A stretch of DNA of 63,516 nt, filler included, from Olpidium bornovanus S191 (Eukaryota; Fungi; Olpidiomycota), in NCBI GenBank assembly GCA_017911155.1. It is 25 parts of 25 records of this genome, joined end to end, with 100 filler letters (N's around TTAATTAATTAA, not from the genome) between each part and the next. Parts side by side here need not be neighbours in the genome. Positions count along the whole stretch, not along the records: positions 46,728 to 50,875 come from JAEFCI010005591.1; positions 50,976 to 53,747 come from JAEFCI010005023.1; positions 53,848 to 55,085 come from JAEFCI010003344.1; positions 55,186 to 58,858 come from JAEFCI010000982.1; positions 58,959 to 61,452 come from JAEFCI010003776.1; 20 more parts are not named here. One strand, given 5' to 3'. The notes under the pieces were generated by a model, which saw only the letters and a list, made by a program, of their open reading frames with translations, was not told the origin of the DNA and searched no databases. The stretch's first letter is position 1. Each line of letters begins with the position of its first letter. Shown piece by piece: positions 48,774 to 60,851 of the stretch. The translations under genes were made by a program, and so were the position numbers.

Positions 48774-50396
48774 ATGCTCCGGTCTTGCGCAAAGAAGCAG
48801 ATAAACTGGGACGTCCTTCTGGGCTCGTCGTCAGACGAGGGAGAGAATGAGGGCGACAACGACGAAGACGCTAGCCGGAAGCCAAGGCCGCTCCATCTGG
48901 CGGTGGCGCCCTTCCCGAAAGGGACTGGTGCGACGGGTGGGGCGTTGGAAAAGTTGAACCCGCGGTCGATGACGGACGCCGGGGCAGTCAGAGCGTCGTT
49001 GGGCTCCCCGTTGGCAAAGGTGACCCCGCCTTCGACGAAGGACGTCGAGGCGGTCAGGGCCTTGTGGCAAGGCTTTGGATTAAAGGAGGCCGAGCGGTGC
49101 GAGAAGTCGGATGCGCACCTACCCGCTAATTACCCCGGTAAAAAGTGCGGTCCCGACTCGGCTCATCCGTCGCCAGGCCCAAACGCTGCTGATTTGGGCA
49201 TTGCGCCGGGGAATCTCCACCGCATGGGCGGCGGCAACTTCAAGCCTGTCAACTTTCACCGCCTCATTGTGTACCAGCGGAATGGTTCTTTGCTCAACAA
49301 GGCGGCGGCACCCAAGTTCCGGGTATCGGCGCACAAGTCGGCGCACAGCTTGACGCGGAGCAGTGCCTCGCGCGTGTCCCAATGGAGCAGCCCTCTGCGT
49401 GCGCTAAACCGTTCTGTGACGTCCGCAACGCGTGCCTCCGCGGCAGCCGGCTCCGCGGCACCGGCTGCGAAGCATCCGAACGTCGTCGCGGACAATTCGC
49501 TGGACACCGCCGATACCCTCGCGAAAAATTTAAATATGGGGCCGCACGCACCGGATGCCATCAGCGGGCAGGAACCCTCGAACACACTTTTCTCGGGGAG
49601 GGGGGATGTGGATTTTACTCGCGCTCCGGCGGTGCCGTGTGTCGCAGCTCGGTTCTCCGCCGCGAGGAATGGCTGGAACAAGCCGCACCTGGCGACTGCT
49701 GCTGACCTGGCGAACTTCCGGAAGATTGTCGACGAGCCGGCGACTCCGCCCGACATTTCAGCTCAAGAGAACAAAAGTACGGACACGGATATCGCCGCGC
49801 AAATTCGCGATCGATTGGAATCGGAAATCGGCATCCTCCGATCACAAATCGACCGACAGCGAGAGCAATTGGTTCTCGCGGAAGAACACCAGAGGGCGTC
49901 GGCAGTGGCGTGGAGGAAACGGGACGTAGAGTGGGAAAACAGGGAGCAGGAGTGGGAAAACAGGGAACAGCAGTGGGAACACAGGGACCAGCAGTGGGAG
50001 AAACAGAAGCAAGAATGGGAAAACAGGGAGAAGGAGTGGGCAAACAGGATGAAGGAATGGAAAAATGAGAGGCAGGAGTGGGAAGAGGAGAGGCAGAAGT
50101 GGGCAGAGAAGGAGCAGGAATGGCGAAAGAAGGAGCGGCTGTGGGAAAGGAAGGAGCAGCTGTGGGATCAGACGCAGCAGCTGTGGGAGAGAAAAGAGCA
50201 GCTATGGGAAGGAATAAGCAGCTGTGAAAAAGGAGGGAGCCGGGGGGGAGGCGAAGGACCAGGAACGGCACGAGCCGATCGCTGCCGCCTCCGCCAAATC
50301 CGGCGCCAACGCGTACTATGCGCGGAAGTGTTGGAAGCCGAGGGAGCGGGAGCTTCGCGACGACCTTTGGTGGGCCAGAATCAAAGTGCCTGTTAG
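48774..50396 (+). CDS. Unknown protein with a 15-heptad Trp-periodic coiled coil; probable frameshift near 50211
   Basis: Long open frame; Trp codon every 21 nt from 49911 to 50205. Confidence 0.6.
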   Translation: MLRSCAKKQINWDVLLGSSSDEGENEGDNDEDASRKPRPLHLAVAPFPKGTGATGGALEKLNPRSMTDAGAVRASLGSPLAKVTPPSTKDVEAVRALWQGFGLKEAERCEKSDAHLPANYPGKKCGPDSAHPSPGPNAADLGIAPGNLHRMGGGNFKPVNFHRLIVYQRNGSLLNKAAAPKFRVSAHKSAHSLTRSSASRVSQWSSPLRALNRSVTSATRASAAAGSAAPAAKHPNVVADNSLDTADTLAKNLNMGPHAPDAISGQEPSNTLFSGRGDVDFTRAPAVPCVAARFSAARNGWNKPHLATAADLANFRKIVDEPATPPDISAQENKSTDTDIAAQIRDRLESEIGILRSQIDRQREQLVLAEEHQRASAVAWRKRDVEWENREQEWENREQQWEHRDQQWEKQKQEWENREKEWANRMKEWKNERQEWEEERQKWAEKEQEWRKKERLWERKEQLWDQTQQLWERKEQLWEGISSCEKGGSRGGGEGPGTARADRCRLRQIRRQRVLCAEVLEAEGAGASRRPLVGQNQSAC

Positions 50397-50975
50397 TCCT
50401 CCATGTCTTTCCGGCTGTCCGCGCCGAACGGGTCCCCGCGGAGGGTGGGGCGCGGCGGGGTCCGGCTTTTTCGTGCTCGGGGTCAACCGCAACCCTCCGG
50501 ACCATTTGGACCTCGTTGCTTTTTCGCGAGTCCCGTTGTCGAACGTGAACTAGAACGCGGCCCGGGCTCTCTCGCTCAAGGGGGCGTTTCGAGCAAAAGT
50601 CGCGGTGACCGCAGGTGCGGAGCGGCGTACTTTTGCGATTGCTCGTTCCCAACGCCGTCAGATCCTGGGAGCTGGTCCGCGGGGCGCAGCTCTCATGGGG
50701 CAAGGGCGGTGTTAGCGGGCTGGAACGAAAATTTTTCGACGCAGAGTAGAAATCCCGAGGCCGACTTTGCCGCGCAAGGCGCGCTGGTCGGCGCAAGCCG
50801 AAAAAGGCTCGACCCCGGCGTCGTTTCTACCACAAACACCCATCCTCGCGCGCTTCGTATATCCTGCACCGCACTNNNNNNNNNNNNNNNNNNNNNNNNN
50901 NNNNNNNNNNNNNNNNNNNTTAATTAATTAANNNNNNNNNNNNNNNNNNNNNNNNNNNNNNNNNNNNNNNNNNNN

Positions 50976-52061
50976 AAGAGACGCTATTTATGCCCTTCGA
51001 CGTCGAGCGGAAGGTGAAGCCGTCCGTCGACGTCGCGTCTATCGACGCGGTGCGTCTGGTCTCTCCCCGCGCGGTTACCACGCGGGGCTCCGGGCCCTCA
51101 CGTGTGGTGGGGTGCGGGGGCAGTTGGGGGGTTGTGGTTGGCGGGGAGTTCCGGCGTGTGGCGCTGGGGGGAAGGGGGGGGCAAGGGGGAAGTCCTTCGA
51201 TTGGCGGACTTCGAGTGGGACTATTCTATTGGTCGGGCCCCGGGTTTGGGGCCGCCTTGTCCCACCTCCGCCTCCTCTTCCCTCTCGCCTGCCGCCGCCT
51301 TCCGTGGCATTTCCCTTGACGTACGGCGACGGTTCGGTCGGGACGAGGGCCGTGCCACAGCACCGCGATGACGATGCGGACAGTCTGAACGTTCTTTGTC
51401 GCGGAGAAGGGCAGCGACTTGGGCCTTAAGGATTTCGATGTCCTTAGCATGTGGTGATTGGTGACGGTCTGATGGCGACGCAACTGCGGGAGGCTGTGAG
51501 GGCATGGTACAGTCGAAACCAAGGTCACTTTGAAAGCGTTGCCTGGAGAAGATGGCGCCTCTGCTAGGCTTGGCGGCGCTTGACTGTTCGTCGAGTTGAC
51601 GTTTGTCCTCGAGAGGCATGGTAAGAGAGCGGCAGCGGCGACTAGAGAAAGTGGCGGCGGCGGCTAGAGAAAGCGGCGGCGGCGGCTAGAGAAAGCGGCG
51701 GCGGCGGCTAGGGAAAGCGGCGGCGGCGGCTAGGGAAAGCGGCGGCGGCGGCTAGAGAAAAATGCGGCGAAGGGCAGCGCTGCGGCGAAGGGCGGCGCTG
51801 CGGCGAAGGGCAGCGCTGCGGCGCAGGGCGGCGCTGCGGCGGAGACGGCGAAGCGCGGCGGTGGCAAAGGCTGCGGGCTTCGGGCTTCGCCGTCAGGTCC
51901 GGCTTGGGCTCATAACCTGTTAAGTTATGTGTTTTCGCCACGGGGGGCGTTGTATTGTACAGGGGATTTTACGCGTTATAAGGACTGAAACATTAAGGGG
52001 TTCCGACTAACCGCCGGGGACCTAAACGAGAAGGAAGAAAAGAAAAGGAGAAATTCCAACA
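50976..52061 (-). mobile_element. 5' end of a copia-type element: LTR 51918-52061, half-tRNA-iMet PBS 51906-51917, repeat-rich leader, degenerate gag-position ORF from 51619
   Basis: Minus strand reads TGTTGG...CTTAACA then GGTTATGAGCCC, complementary to the tRNA-iMet anticodon arm GGGCTCATAACC. Confidence 0.8.
51628..51850. repeat. 22-bp (GCGGCGGCGGCGGCTAGAGAAA, about 6 copies) and 18-bp (TGCGGCGAAGGGCAGCGC, about 4-5 copies) tandem arrays in the retroelement leader
   Basis: Read directly from the sequence. Confidence 0.9.
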
Positions 52062-52120
52062 GATCCCCTGTTTGCCACTGAGAATCGCGCGTTCATACGG
52101 AAGAGACTTGTTGTATCATC

Positions 52121-53260
52121 TCAAGTGTCAGTTGTATTGAGTTCATTATAATCAAGTGTTCCACCTTTGACAATCAAAGCTTCTTCATCTGCCTTGAAGA
52201 TGACATCAAGTCCTTTGTAGGTTGCTGCTGGGACTGAGACGAACAGCATCCTGAAGACAGGGTGTATAATGCATCCTAGCATTAGTCTTGGTATCAACAG
52301 CATGTAGGTGCACGTTTCCTTGAGAATTGACATGCTGATCGTTGTCCTTCATTGCAATCCACACTGGTTGGGAAGTGGGACTCATAGACGCAAACCACTC
52401 TTGTTTGTTAAGCATGATGAATGCACCCACAGTCCAGGACAGCACGGAAGGTCTCCTGCATTGAATTGTCACTTCCCGCATAGAAGGCAACGCTGGCGTT
52501 GGTTTGCCCTGGGGACTCATTTGATGTTCTGCCATTTTCTGTCCTTTTGGGGTTTGTGCTTTGGCGTGAACGGCACTCTCTTGGGATGTGACCTCGTTTA
52601 CTGCTGTTGTAGCATGTATTTTGGCGTTGTTGCCCCGATTGCTTTTCATCGGCATGGCGATCAGCATGGCCGTTTGGTGTGGTAGTGGCTTGTTTGACAT
52701 CCCCGCTACTCCCGCACCTTGAGGGGTTTGTCTGTCCGTGTCTCCCATGATACGCAGATCCCGTCTTGCTGCTTCTTGCACTTTATGCAAGTGGTTGAGG
52801 TCAGGCTCCATCATGACACGACCCTTGTGATCTCCAGTAAGGCCCTTATGGAATTTCATTGTCCTGTACAGTTCGTTCTTTGGTGGTGGCGGTTGCATGT
52901 AGAGTTCATTGAACTGTTCAATGTATTTCTCGAGATCCCCGCACTTACTTCGGGTGAGATTGGTCAGAGTTTTCTCCAGTGTTATGTAGTGTTCTCTTGG
53001 GAAAAAATATTCATTTAAAGCATCCTTCAGGTTGCTCCAAGTAGTCCATTGTCTGGGGCTACCCAGCAGGTTGTTCTTGGCATGGGTGAGCCAGAGTATT
53101 ACCACTTGTCCTGCAAGTTTGTTGACTGCCAGGGCTAGGGCCACTTGCTCGTTGCGGCTTGGATGGCTTTTCCATATTGGTAATGAAGGTATGATGGCAG
53201 TAGCTCCACCGGCACCTGTGTATTGCGGCACGGAGCTGAGCAGCGCAGTCACGGCGAAGT
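52121..53260 (-). mobile_element. Decayed Ty3/gypsy gag (retrotransposon gag domain plus degenerate zinc knuckle)
   Basis: WTTWSNLKDALNEYFFP...LTNL...DLEKYIEQFNEL...KFHKGL. An out-of-frame knuckle CYNSSKRGHIPREC lies at 52573-52614. Confidence 0.8.
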
Positions 53261-54116
53261 CCGGGACTCCTTTAGCCTTTCTTTTGTTTATTTTGGAGTG
53301 GCGAGGCAGGAGAGTTTTGGAGTCGAGGCGGTGTCGACGCCCAAATGGTTGCCAACTGGATCAACGCCTTGCTATTAAATAGAGTCCATCGATTTTCCTT
53401 CCCGTATGGGGGGGGGGGCGACTTGCTTAAATCGATCGCCTTTTCCTTTTGCTTAAATTGATTGCTTTTCCTTTTCGATTCTTTTGTTTTGAATTTCCTC
53501 CCCCCCATTTTTTCTTCTTTTTTTCTTCGTCCCCGGCGGGTTTGGTTCCGCAACCTGCCATCCCATCCCCCGTCCCATCGATCGCCCTTCGCCCTACTTT
53601 CCCTGACGACGAGAGGGCTCCATCAAGGCGTTTCGATCTCGACAAATTGGCGCTCCCGGGCAGGAACGCGGGTAAGACCGAAAGGTAACAAGGGCAATCT
53701 GCGAGAGCGGTGATCAATGGCGGCGAGACCGAGGGCCGAAACGGTCGNNNNNNNNNNNNNNNNNNNNNNNNNNNNNNNNNNNNNNNNNNNNTTAATTAAT
53801 TAANNNNNNNNNNNNNNNNNNNNNNNNNNNNNNNNNNNNNNNNNNNNCATGGATTTCCCACGTTGCCCAGGCGGGTTAAATGTGCAGCACTCCTGAGGAC
53901 CCGCGCCTTCTGCTACTCTCTAAGAGTTGCGCTCTGGTGCGGCTGTATCTCAATTTATTATAGCGTACCTTTTAATATACATTACCTTGATTCCGCTATG
54001 CAACAATATCAATTATGTGCAGTGGACGTGTTTATGCGTTAGGTAATTCAACATTTAGATTGCATTAGAACGCAATATCTATATTATATATTTTTGTGTA
54101 TATATATTGTAATAGT

Positions 54117-54328
54117 ATCACATTAAATATGGTATACAAACCCTAGCCGATCATTTGTTTTTTTATCGTTCGTCGCGGTCCGGCGGCGGAGGCCCTCCTG
54201 ACGTCCGAAAACAGTGGCCGCCTATCACATAAAATATGGTATACAAACCCTAGCTGATCATTTGTTTTTTATCGTTCGTCGCGGTCCGGCTGCGGAGGCC
54301 CTCCTGACGTCCGAAAACAGTGGCCGCC
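54117..54328. repeat. Near-perfect tandem duplication of about 107 bp
   Basis: ATCACAT(T/A)AAATATGGTATACAAACCCTAG...CAGTGGCCGCCT occurs twice with about 4 differences. Confidence 0.92.
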
Positions 54329-55946
54329 TTGCGGTGCGTAATCCTCTCAAGCAGACCGGTCTCGGTATAGGCCCCGCGTTCGCACCTCAGCGTCTCTCGG
54401 TGCGCAGCCTTTTCGCTTCCTTGTTTGCTTTGTCCAAAATATTAATGCGACTATTTATTACGTTGCGCGTTCAATGTAATTGATTATGGAAGCAATTCTC
54501 GAATAACCGCCTTCTAGATATGGGGTAACTCGTGGTGAAAAGGTGTTCTTTCCTTATATATCGCTCGCCGTTGCCCTGCTGGCGTACCTCGTTCGATCCG
54601 CCTTTGTCCCCGGCTCGTAAGTTCTCTCTACTCCCCATCAGGAGACGTGTAATCGGCCGTATGTGCTTTATGAAACATCCAGCAAATCCAAATCTGTCCC
54701 CGTTGGCTTGCGGCAATTCATTTTGGCCAATATGTGCCCGCTGCGGTAGTTACTGTGTTCAGGTGCGTGCAATCGCATTAAGAGCGACGGCGTCACTCCT
54801 CCCATTTTGCAGTGGCATCGTGTAAACTACATGTATTACGTTATGCAATATAATATTAAAGGATGACATCCCCGCCTTCCTTCCGCCATACGCTTCTCCG
54901 CCACCGCTGTTCCGAGCACGTTGACAATGCAGGTTGCAATCTATTGTTTTCTTCAGGAATGATAGCGCATGCTTTGCAGCTGCCCGATGCACAGGCGCCG
55001 TATCTCCGGCGAATCGCAAAATGAATGCCACTGTATGTGCTATGCCTGGGTGGTCATATGTCGTTGTTTGAAATTCAAAGTTAGGNNNNNNNNNNNNNNN
55101 NNNNNNNNNNNNNNNNNNNNNNNNNNNNNTTAATTAATTAANNNNNNNNNNNNNNNNNNNNNNNNNNNNNNNNNNNNNNNNNNNNACATGATCAGGATGG
55201 GCTGGACCGACGCGATTTGCCTGCGAAGGCGAGGCTCTGAGTCTGGCCAGTCTCCAAACGTCGATTTTTGTTTTTGGGCCAAAGTGGAGCGTCAAGCGGT
55301 TTATCGGCTCTGGGTCCGAAGTCGACATAGTGGGCCAATGGCTCGCAGAGGAAGCAAGTGGAGATGGTTACTGACCCCGGCCAGACCTTGCGCACTGCCA
55401 CTGAGAAGGCGCCGGGGCACCGGGCGTGGCCGTTGAGCTGGCATCGGCCAAGATAAACCATAACTTCTTCGTACAGAGGCCCTTAGGATATCTCACGATA
55501 CTCGAGCGACCGTGACACGCGGCTGGCGGACAGCCCATCCAAGAAAGTGGAGAAAAAGGACCCTTCCCCTTCCACAATTCGACACAAAACTCAAAACAGC
55601 CGCAAGCCAATCAGAACCACTGCTGAATGAACGCTTTTCCTCGTTTACCATCCTGCCTCCCGCCACCTGAGAAATCTGAATCTTCCTGGCTGATATTCAG
55701 GAGCGATCGGTTCCAAAATTGGCAAAGCTGCGAATGCGGTGCGTTTCCGAAAAATCTGGTATGTCTGAAGAACCTGACCAGTGCGGTTCGACTTTACCCT
55801 GGCAAAAACGGCAAACCGCTTCGTCCTCCCCCCCCCTCGCCCCCCGGTTCCCCTCGGCCCACGCAAAAAAGCACTTGCGAAAAAAATCTCTTTCTTTTAT
55901 TTTGGGTGCTGGCCCGGCACCCCACCGCCTCGCCTCCCGCATCCGC

Positions 55947-57963
55947 ATGGCCGCCGCCTGGTGTCGCGCAGTCTGGGCAACGAGCAGAACTGCTGCCGCC
56001 GCCACCTGCGCTGTTCCGCGGGCGTCATCTTGGTCGACCTCGAAACACCTGGCTGCGTTCAGGACTCGGCTGCCCCAAGTGAGAAACGGGCACCCAAGAA
56101 CGAAAAAGAAAACAGAACAACCTTCCCCCCCACTTTCCCGAGGGAAACTTTGCGAAAACCGTCATCGGAGAAACGCTTCCTGACTAAGCGGTCCTGGACG
56201 GGCCCATGCGCAGACTAGCACAATGACCGTCGACTCCATAAGCTCGGCTGCCGGCGCCAGCAGCTACGCGTCCAAGGCCACCAACGTCGACGATAAGGTT
56301 TGGCCCCGCGAAGCGACTTTGGCAATGTCGATCTGTGCACGTCTGCCGTCTCTTACGTTCCTGGCCGTTTGGCGGCCCGTCCAATTCATCAGCTGACGCA
56401 CGCAGACAGCGACTCACACCCCGATACGCGTGCGATTATCGATGAGCACGAGAAAGTGCTGCTGGGCACGTACGCTCGCGTGCCGCTTGTTTTTACCCAC
56501 GGGCGGGGTTGCTACATGTATGACCTCGGCGGACGCAAGTTCTTGGACTTCGCAGCGGGGATCGCCGTCAACGCTCTAGGCCACGCGGACGCGGGCGTGG
56601 CCGAGATGCTGGCTGACCAGGCCGGACGTCTGGTGCACACGTCAAATCTCTTCCACCACAAACCTGCCGGCGACCTCGCCGCGCTCTTGGTGAACAGCAC
56701 CGGAGGCGCCGGTGCGGGCGGCGTTCTCTGGGAGGCGGGGGGCGGAGCCCTTGGCGCCACGTCCCAGGACGTAGGAAACGGGAAGGACCCCTTGTTCAAA
56801 GCCGACAAGGTGTTCTTCACTAATTCGGGCACGGAGGCCAACGAAGGGGCACTGAAGTTTGCCCGGAAGGCCGGCAAGGTCTACTCTTCCCGCCACATGG
56901 GCGGTAAGCCCAAGTTTCGCGTGGTCTGCTTCTCCAACGCCTTCCACGGCCGCAGCATGGGCGCGCTTTCGGCGACGCCCAAGAGGAAGTACCAGGAACA
57001 GTTCGAACCGCTCGTACCCGGTTTTGTCACTGTTCCGTTCAACGACTCCAAGGCCGCTGCGATGGCTATCGACGACTCGACCTGCGCTGTAATCGTCGAA
57101 CCAGTACAAGGAGAAGGAGGCGTTCATGCGGCGACCGAGGACTTCCTTTCCACAGTACGCCAGCGGTGCGACGACGCGGGTGCCCTCCTGATATTTGACG
57201 AGATCCAGGTCCGTGACGCATAACGGATGTTTTTCGATTCAAGCGCCACTCTAACGCAGCGAGCGTTTCCTAACTTTGACATCGACCGTTTGTGGGGGCT
57301 GACCGTTTTTGCTAGTGTGGCCTCGGGCGGACAGGGAAGTTGTGGGCCTTTGAAAACTTCCCACCTCACTGCCAACCCGACATCGTAACCATTGCCAAGC
57401 CGCTTGGAAATGGGGTACCGATTGGGGCTGTTTTGCTGAACAAGAAAGCGGCAAGCGACGTCGTCATAGGCAAGCACTTGTGCGCTCTGTTTTGCGCAAT
57501 TCTCTTCTACTTGTCACTGGACCCATTTCATTCAGCGTCTGACCGTGTCTTTTGCCGGTTTCCTGCGTGTCCAGGCGACCACGGCACTACGTTCGGTGGC
57601 AACCCGCTCGCGTGCCGGGTGGCGGAGTATGTGTTCCGTCGAATTTCAGATCCGTTTTTCCTCTCGCACGTCCGCTCCACCGGCGATGCCCTCCGATCGC
57701 GGCTGGCGCGCGACCTGTCTTCGAGCCCGCTGGTCGTCGATGTCCGGGGCCGTGGCCTAATGGTGGGCGTCGAATTCCGAGTGGATCCAGCACCGCTCGT
57801 CAAGATAGCACGTGAGCGCGGACTCATCATCATCACCGCCGGAAGCAACACCGTTCGTATTGTTCCCCCCCTGATACTCAGCCCGGCTGAGGCGGAAGAA
57901 GGAGCGGAAATCCTTCTTAAAGCTGTGAAGGAGTTTGAGAAGATTTCTGGAACGACGAACTGA
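55947..57963 (+). CDS. ARG8: Acetylornithine aminotransferase, mitochondrial, multi-exon
   Basis: FLDFAAGIAVNALGH, FFTNSGTEANEGALKFARK, FHGRSMGALS, IVEPVQGEGG, LLIFDEIQ, DIVTIAKPLGNGVPIGA (PLP lysine) and HGTTFGGNPLAC; Arg/Ala/Ser-rich presequence. Confidence 0.95.
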
Positions 57964-58818
57964 AGGCGCATTTTTTTAACGCCGGCAGCTTTAGGCAAAG
58001 GCTATGCGCCGCGCTCCCCCCCCCATTTCCCCCTTTCCTCCTCGCCCCAATTATACTCGGCTTTCAGCCACCATTTTGAAGATGAACAAAAAGATTCAAA
58101 AACAAAAACGCCGTGGTATGCTCTGCATGAGGAGACCGGAGGCCGGTAGTAGCATGTGCACGGTGGACGCCAGATGTAATTCCAAAATTGACACCAGTTT
58201 TGGTGCTAGATTTGATGCTCGGTTTGACGCTCAATTTGACACCTGACTTTATGCACGATATGGCACATGGATCTGATGTTGTCGGATTTGATGCCGGATT
58301 CAAAGGATATGATGCCGGACGCAAAGGAAGATGCGATGCGATAGGTGAAGGCAAATTCAAAGGTCAGATACGACCGCTGCGAACCGCGCCGCTCCCGAAA
58401 ATTTCCGATGGGGATTCTGCCGGTCTGTTGTCGTGGGAGATTTGCCCGTTCCGGGGAGGTTGCCAATGGTTACCGGCGTCCAGCGCCGCACAGAGGAGTG
58501 AGGCGGCGAGGCTTTAACACAATAAAAAACAGGAAAAAATAAAAAGCCAACGCGGATGAATGCCCGAACGTACTGGTCAATACCGTTTCTCGCAGCCGAA
58601 TCCGACGACAGCCGACGCACCCTGCAGCCGATTATCTGATTGCTAATTAAAAAAAAAACCAAAACTGCAGGACTTCGCACTCGTCACGCCCGGCTTCCCA
58701 CCAAGTTCCGCTTCGCTTGGACGAAACTGACTTGCCGAGGGATTTCCTGAGGAAGCTCGTCGCGGAAGTCCGCTTTTTTCCGCCGACCGCAGCGACACCG
58801 AAAAGCGCACGGGCCGGC

Positions 58819-58858
<40 letters not shown>

Positions 58859-58958
58859 NNNNNNNNNNNNNNNNNNNNNNNNNNNNNNNNNNNNNNNNNN
58901 NNTTAATTAATTAANNNNNNNNNNNNNNNNNNNNNNNNNNNNNNNNNNNNNNNNNNNN

Positions 58959-60794
58959 ACCTGCTCTGAAGGAACGCCGAGTGGATGGTGTTGAAAGGTA
59001 TGACGGTACCGTACAGCGCGAACATCAGGAAACAAAGGACGAGCAAGGGCGGCGACCCAACGGCCGGCCGTAATACTCCCCCCCGCCCGCCGTCTTGTCT
59101 TGCAATCGATAACAGCGGCCCGCGCGCTGGCGACGATTGGCGACGTGCTCTCCCTGTCGCGGGGCTATCGTCAAGCATGGTGAGCGTCGCATCCGATTGA
59201 CCGCCCTTCCGTATTCTGTCGCGTGGTCTACTGTCCGCCGGCGAGGCGACTTTGATGTCCTCCTCGTCACTCGAGTGATTTCCCAACTGGAAGTTTGCAT
59301 TCAACTGCAAATCCCCACGGGATGAATCGGCAACGTGGATGTCGCGATTCCGGAATGCAGACCCGTCGCAGTCGTCTGGCGCGGAACCCGCGTCGCCCCT
59401 GCGCGCATCGGTCAATGCGCGGGGCCCGGCTGCGGCCATCTCGATCTCCGGAACCCGCTCGTATCCTGTGCGATTCAGCACCGGCTTCGCCGTCCCGAAG
59501 AAATCTTCTCCGCCGTCATCTCCAGCCCAGTGCCGCTGGTCTACCACTGAAACTCCGACCGCGCACAACAGAGAGAGGAGGCAGCAGAGCAGCCCCGCCC
59601 ACGCGGCCACGTTCACGCTTCGCAGGGAAACCGCGATCCACGGCGAAACGATGTCGTTCGCAACAGACCCTAAGCGGGCGACGCTGCGACCAGCGGAAGG
59701 ACGAATCAATCGCCGGCGCGCGGTAACGCGAAACAGAGTAAGGAGGAAAACAAGGAGCGAATTCGTTGAGTCAAACCGCCAAGGTCTGCCCAGCGACTTG
59801 GTTCAAATAAGGCAGTCAGGGTAAGGTGCGCCCTCAAAAGTATCCCGAAAAGCGTCCGCTTATAGTCGACGTGTTTCTCGCACCTTCGTACCTGAGATTA
59901 ACGCCGAGCGCAAAGGCCATTTCCTTGCCCTTAAACCACTTGGCTGTGAGTCGCGTTTGCTGGCGGGAGCCCCAGAGAGACGGTCAGTGTGTGGACGTCC
60001 CAGCAAGATTGGCTGCAAAGCCGTTAAGCTGCAGTAACTCCCATTTGAGGATTTGGCCACATCCTGCCCGGACTCACTGCCACACTGAGGCTTTCGCCTC
60101 CAATACCAAAAACAAGCCTGCCAAGCATCGCCAGAATCATAGACTTGACGGTCACGCCTATTGCAACGAGGGCCTGCCCCATGACGATAAGCAAGCTCAA
60201 CACCAGCAGGACCGTCCGGGTCCCCACCTGGTCGTTCACGGCGCCGACGACGAGGGGAAGAACCAGGTTAGGCACCTAAAAATCATAAACGGGTGTCAGT
60301 TTCTATAGTGCCGGCTCGACATTTTCGTGTACAAGGACCAAGCCGAAAAGAGAAACGGCGGGTGCGGGGGGCGATCCGGCGATCCGGTCTCACACCGAGT
60401 ATATGGAGTACAAGGCTTGGACCCAGTACGACCACTCTGCGTCGTTCAAGTCGAAGTGCGCCTGCAGCGGGACGGCTATGCTTGCGATCAGATCGTAGGC
60501 GTAGTAATTCTGGGACGGGAAAGAGAAAGGCCGAGCGTGAGTTTCCGATCACGCTGCGGCCGCCGGCGCGAGGGGAAAAAAAAAATTCTAGACGTTTCGA
60601 ACGGCTGACGCGGAGCGGGCGGGCACACGGCCGGTGACGCACTGTGCGGGAGGCACCGCGCTACTCACTCCGAACATCACGGCGCAGGCGAGCGCCAGGA
60701 TACCCCACCGCATTCCCGGATACGTCGCGGCATTACCGGCGCCCGCGTTCGCTCGTTCTCCTCCGTTCTCGTCGTCGTCGTCGTCATCGCGCAT
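58959..60794 (-). CDS. Major facilitator superfamily transporter (MFSD1-like); 3' truncated
   Basis: RWGILALACAVMFG, NYYAYDLIAS, LYSIYS-PNLVLPLVVG, GRLVFGIGGESLSVA, KWFKGKEMAFALGVNL and YGTVIPFNTI. Confidence 0.88.
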
Positions 60795-60809
60795 TTCCTT
60801 TTTTCTTTT

Positions 60810-60851
<42 letters not shown>

